A stretch of 63,907 nt of DNA, the filler included, from Octopus bimaculoides (taxonomy: Eukaryota), in the NCBI RefSeq assembly GCF_001194135.2. It is 9 parts of 8 records of this genome, joined end to end, with 100 filler letters (N's around TTAATTAATTAA, not from the genome) between each part and the next. Parts side by side here need not be neighbours in the genome. Positions count along the whole stretch, not along the records: positions 59,536 to 63,907 come from NW_026399546.1; 8 more parts are not named here. One strand, given 5' to 3'. This document shows, piece after piece, positions 61,548 through 63,907 of this stretch; the stretch's first letter is position 1; each line of letters begins with the position of its first letter. Below the pieces are notes generated by a model. It made no database searches. It was not told the DNA's origin and saw nothing but the letters and a program-made list of their open reading frames with translations. Position numbers and translations under genes: made by a program.

Positions 61548-61829
61548 GTGTGTGTGTGTGTATATATGTGTGTGTGTGTGTGTGTGTTTTTATGTATGTA
61601 TGTTTTACTCTGTCAAATGTAATGCTTATTTCTTACCATTGTTTCGAATTAACCATGCATTTATTATCTCGTAACCTTTAGATTTCAATGATGTGATTGG
61701 TTTTAGAATGACATTGTAGGGAAGGGGAGAGAAGCTGGATTTTGCTAGTTTGAACATATAACACAGAGTATTTTGGTTGGATATGACCAGCTTAACTGCT
61801 AAAGGGTTAAAAATCGCTATGATATGGTT

Positions 61830-62490
61830 GGACAGTATTTGCATTTATTAACTGTTATGAACATCATTCTGAGTTAGTTGAAGGTAAAAATGTCTCACCA
61901 TTCTCTGGGATTTTCCACTCAGCACTAACAGAACAATCTGTGCTAATTTATCAGACTTAATTATAAAAGATAGGAAAAATTACTTGTAGACTAATATTGG
62001 GTTGGTGCATAATTATTGTGGCTTTTTTACAACAAATTTTATTCGACAAAAACAACTTAAACATGATTATTCCAGAGCATATTCACCATCTACTTTAATT
62101 ACTGCATCCCATTTGCTTGCCAGACGGTCAGCCCATCATTTAAAAATGTTTTTGTTAAATATTGTTACTGTTTTTGCTAAATAAAATTTGTGGAAAAAAA
62201 GCTGCAATAATTATGCACCCACCCAATAGATACAAGTGTTTCTACTGATAAAAATATATGTGTAAAGGAATTTGATATTCTTAGTAAATATAAGGACCTG
62301 GAAACTGAAAAACAAAAGATGTGGCATCTTAAAGCAAAAACCGTTCCTGAAATTGTAGGTGCCCTAGGTATGATAAAAAAAGGGATGTCAGAAACATCTA
62401 GATAACATCCCAGGAGAACCATGTCTCAGAGAAATCCAAAAGATTGTGCTGACAAGTACTGCCCACATCCTCAGAAAACCCCTATTAATT
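61830..62490 (+). mobile_element. R4/Dong-like LINE REL-endonuclease 3' end, split by a mariner MITE
   Basis: ILWDFPLSTNRTICAN..DLIIKDRKN..CRLI|DTSVSTDKNICVKEFDILSKYKDL...VPEIVGALGMIKK...EIQKIVLTSTAHILRK. Confidence 0.8.
61997..62226 (-). mobile_element. Mariner-derived MITE (230 bp), TA TSD, HsMar1-like TIR
   Basis: 32-bp TIRs TTGGGTTGGTGCATAATTATTG... (29/32), TA at 61995-61996 and 62227-62228; interior remnant DRLASKWDAVIKVDGEY on the minus strand. Confidence 0.9.
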
Positions 62491-62845
62491 TAAATGTTTG
62501 TGTTGTATTATATGGACATATTTCTCTATTTCCCTTGCAGTTCCTCTCCTCAAGCTTTCAATTATATTTCAACATCTTTTAACCTTCACTTGTCCTAGGG
62601 TGGTGTGTGTGTCCTGTCAAGTGATTGAATCAAACATGCAGATTACAAGTAAATAACAGTAATAATAATTTATTTCTTTACTCCCCACAAGGGGCTAAAC
62701 ATAGAGGGGACAAACAAGGACAGACAAAGGGATTAAGTTGATTACATTGACCCCAGTGCATAACTGGTACTTATTTAATCGATTATAATGCACTACAGTG
62801 GAATTGACAAAAGCTTAAATAATAAACCGCGATATGGCAAGGAAT

Positions 62846-62968
62846 GGCTCTGATGAATGTAGCCTTGTTGTTTTAAGGCTGTTCAATTTTTCTCAACTGA
62901 TCAATATACAATTTGGGTAAACCTGTCAGTGATGTACCTATAATGGCTACCGGAAACAGCTGTAAGCC
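62846..62968 (+). ncRNA. Hammerhead motif with about 80-nt insertion in loop II
   Basis: GGCT CTGATGA at GTAGCC ...80 nt... GGCTAC cg GAAAC AGCT GTA AGCC; canonical core, stems I and II complementary. Confidence 0.55.
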
Positions 62969-63039
62969 AAATTTGCTCCAATAAAGGAAAAATATGTAAT
63001 GACCATTATTTTTAAGTTGTTTCTTATATATATATATCA

Positions 63040-63270
63040 TCATCATTATTTAACATCTGCTTTCCATGCTCGCCTGGGTTGGACGGTCTGACTGAGGACT
63101 AGTGAGCCAGATGGCTGCACCAGGCTCCAATCTGATCTGGCAGAATTTCTACAGCTGAATGCATTTCCTAACACCAACCACTCTGAGAATGTAGTGGGTG
63201 CTTTTACGTGCCACTGGCATGAGGGCCAGTCAGGCGGTACTAGCAACAGCCAGTAAAGCGACGCTGGTAA
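63040..63270 (-). mobile_element. SINE family B (older copy)
   Basis: Diverged but collinear with the other family B copies. Confidence 0.8.
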
Positions 63271-63276
63271 CAATCA

Positions 63277-63308
<32 letters not shown>

Positions 63309-63714
63309 ATATGCACATACACACAAATACACTCAGGGTGGGCCAAAAGTCACGCACCAGAAATTTGACATTTATATTATGTTATTATTATTATTTGTTC
63401 TGAGTTCAAATTCTGCCGAGGTCGACTTTGCCCTTCATCCTTTCAGGGGTTGACAAAATAAGTACCAGTTGAGTACTGGGGTTGATGTAATCGACTTACC
63501 TCCACCCCTGAACTTGCTGGTCTTGTGACAAAACTTAAAACCCTTATTATTCGTTTCGTTCATCTTGTACAAGCACATGTGCATTCATCATTATTTTACT
63601 GATTATATTCAAATCTTGAAAAATTGAAGCATGTCTTTGATAATACCAGAGCACATTGAATTTATTTTGTGTGTGACTCTTGGCCCACCCTATAAACAAC
63701 ACACACACACACAG

Positions 63715-63907
63715 AGGTGCAGGAGTGGCTGTGTAGTAAGAAGCTTGCTTCCCAACCACATGGTTCCGGGTTCAGTACCACTGTGTGGCACCTTGGACAA
63801 GTGTCTTCTACTATAGCCTCGCGCCGACCAAAGCCTTGTGAGTAGATTTGTTAGACGGAAACTGAAAGAAGCCTGTCGTATATATATATATATATATATA
63901 TATATAT
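63715..63907 (+). mobile_element. SINE family A 5' half, truncated by the window end
   Basis: Head to ...gaaagaagcctgtcg, then (TA)n. Confidence 0.9.

Overview
Eukaryotic, AT-rich, microsatellite- and SINE-saturated genomic DNA. The repeat families look like those of an Octopus-type cephalopod (inferred, not database-checked). About 8 kb is N, including eight identical artificial 100-bp join linkers (44N+TTAATTAATTAA+44N). Two real protein-coding loci are supported and point toward each other. (1) An intronless 370-aa type II membrane, GT-A-like glycosyltransferase ORF (8232-9344, +). (2) A spliced ARPC3 gene (Arp2/3 complex p21 subunit; 15324-28477, -), invisible to the ORF track. Six of its seven expected coding exons were reconstructed by hand with GT-AG boundaries; the sixth most likely lies in the 15892-16678 gap. 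The rest is a fossil record of mobile DNA: at least five SINE families, R4/Dong-like, RTE, CRE-like and CR1/L2-like LINE fragments, a Penelope-like GIY-YIG ORF, a decayed Chapaev3-like transposase in ARPC3 intron 1, Tc1/mariner remnants and several MITE/foldback elements. The most unusual observations are: a 219-bp TIR element with a perfect 8-bp TSD whose whole interior is a telomeric (TTAGGG)n array; a dispersed set of minimal type I hammerhead-ribozyme motifs (one pair in a 390-bp tandem, retrozyme-like); a mariner MITE that supplies the first AATAAA after the ARPC3 stop; and tandem arrays built from SINE tRNA heads or tails. No rRNA, bona fide tRNA or CRISPR was found. Nearly all ORF-track entries are microsatellite or N artefacts.
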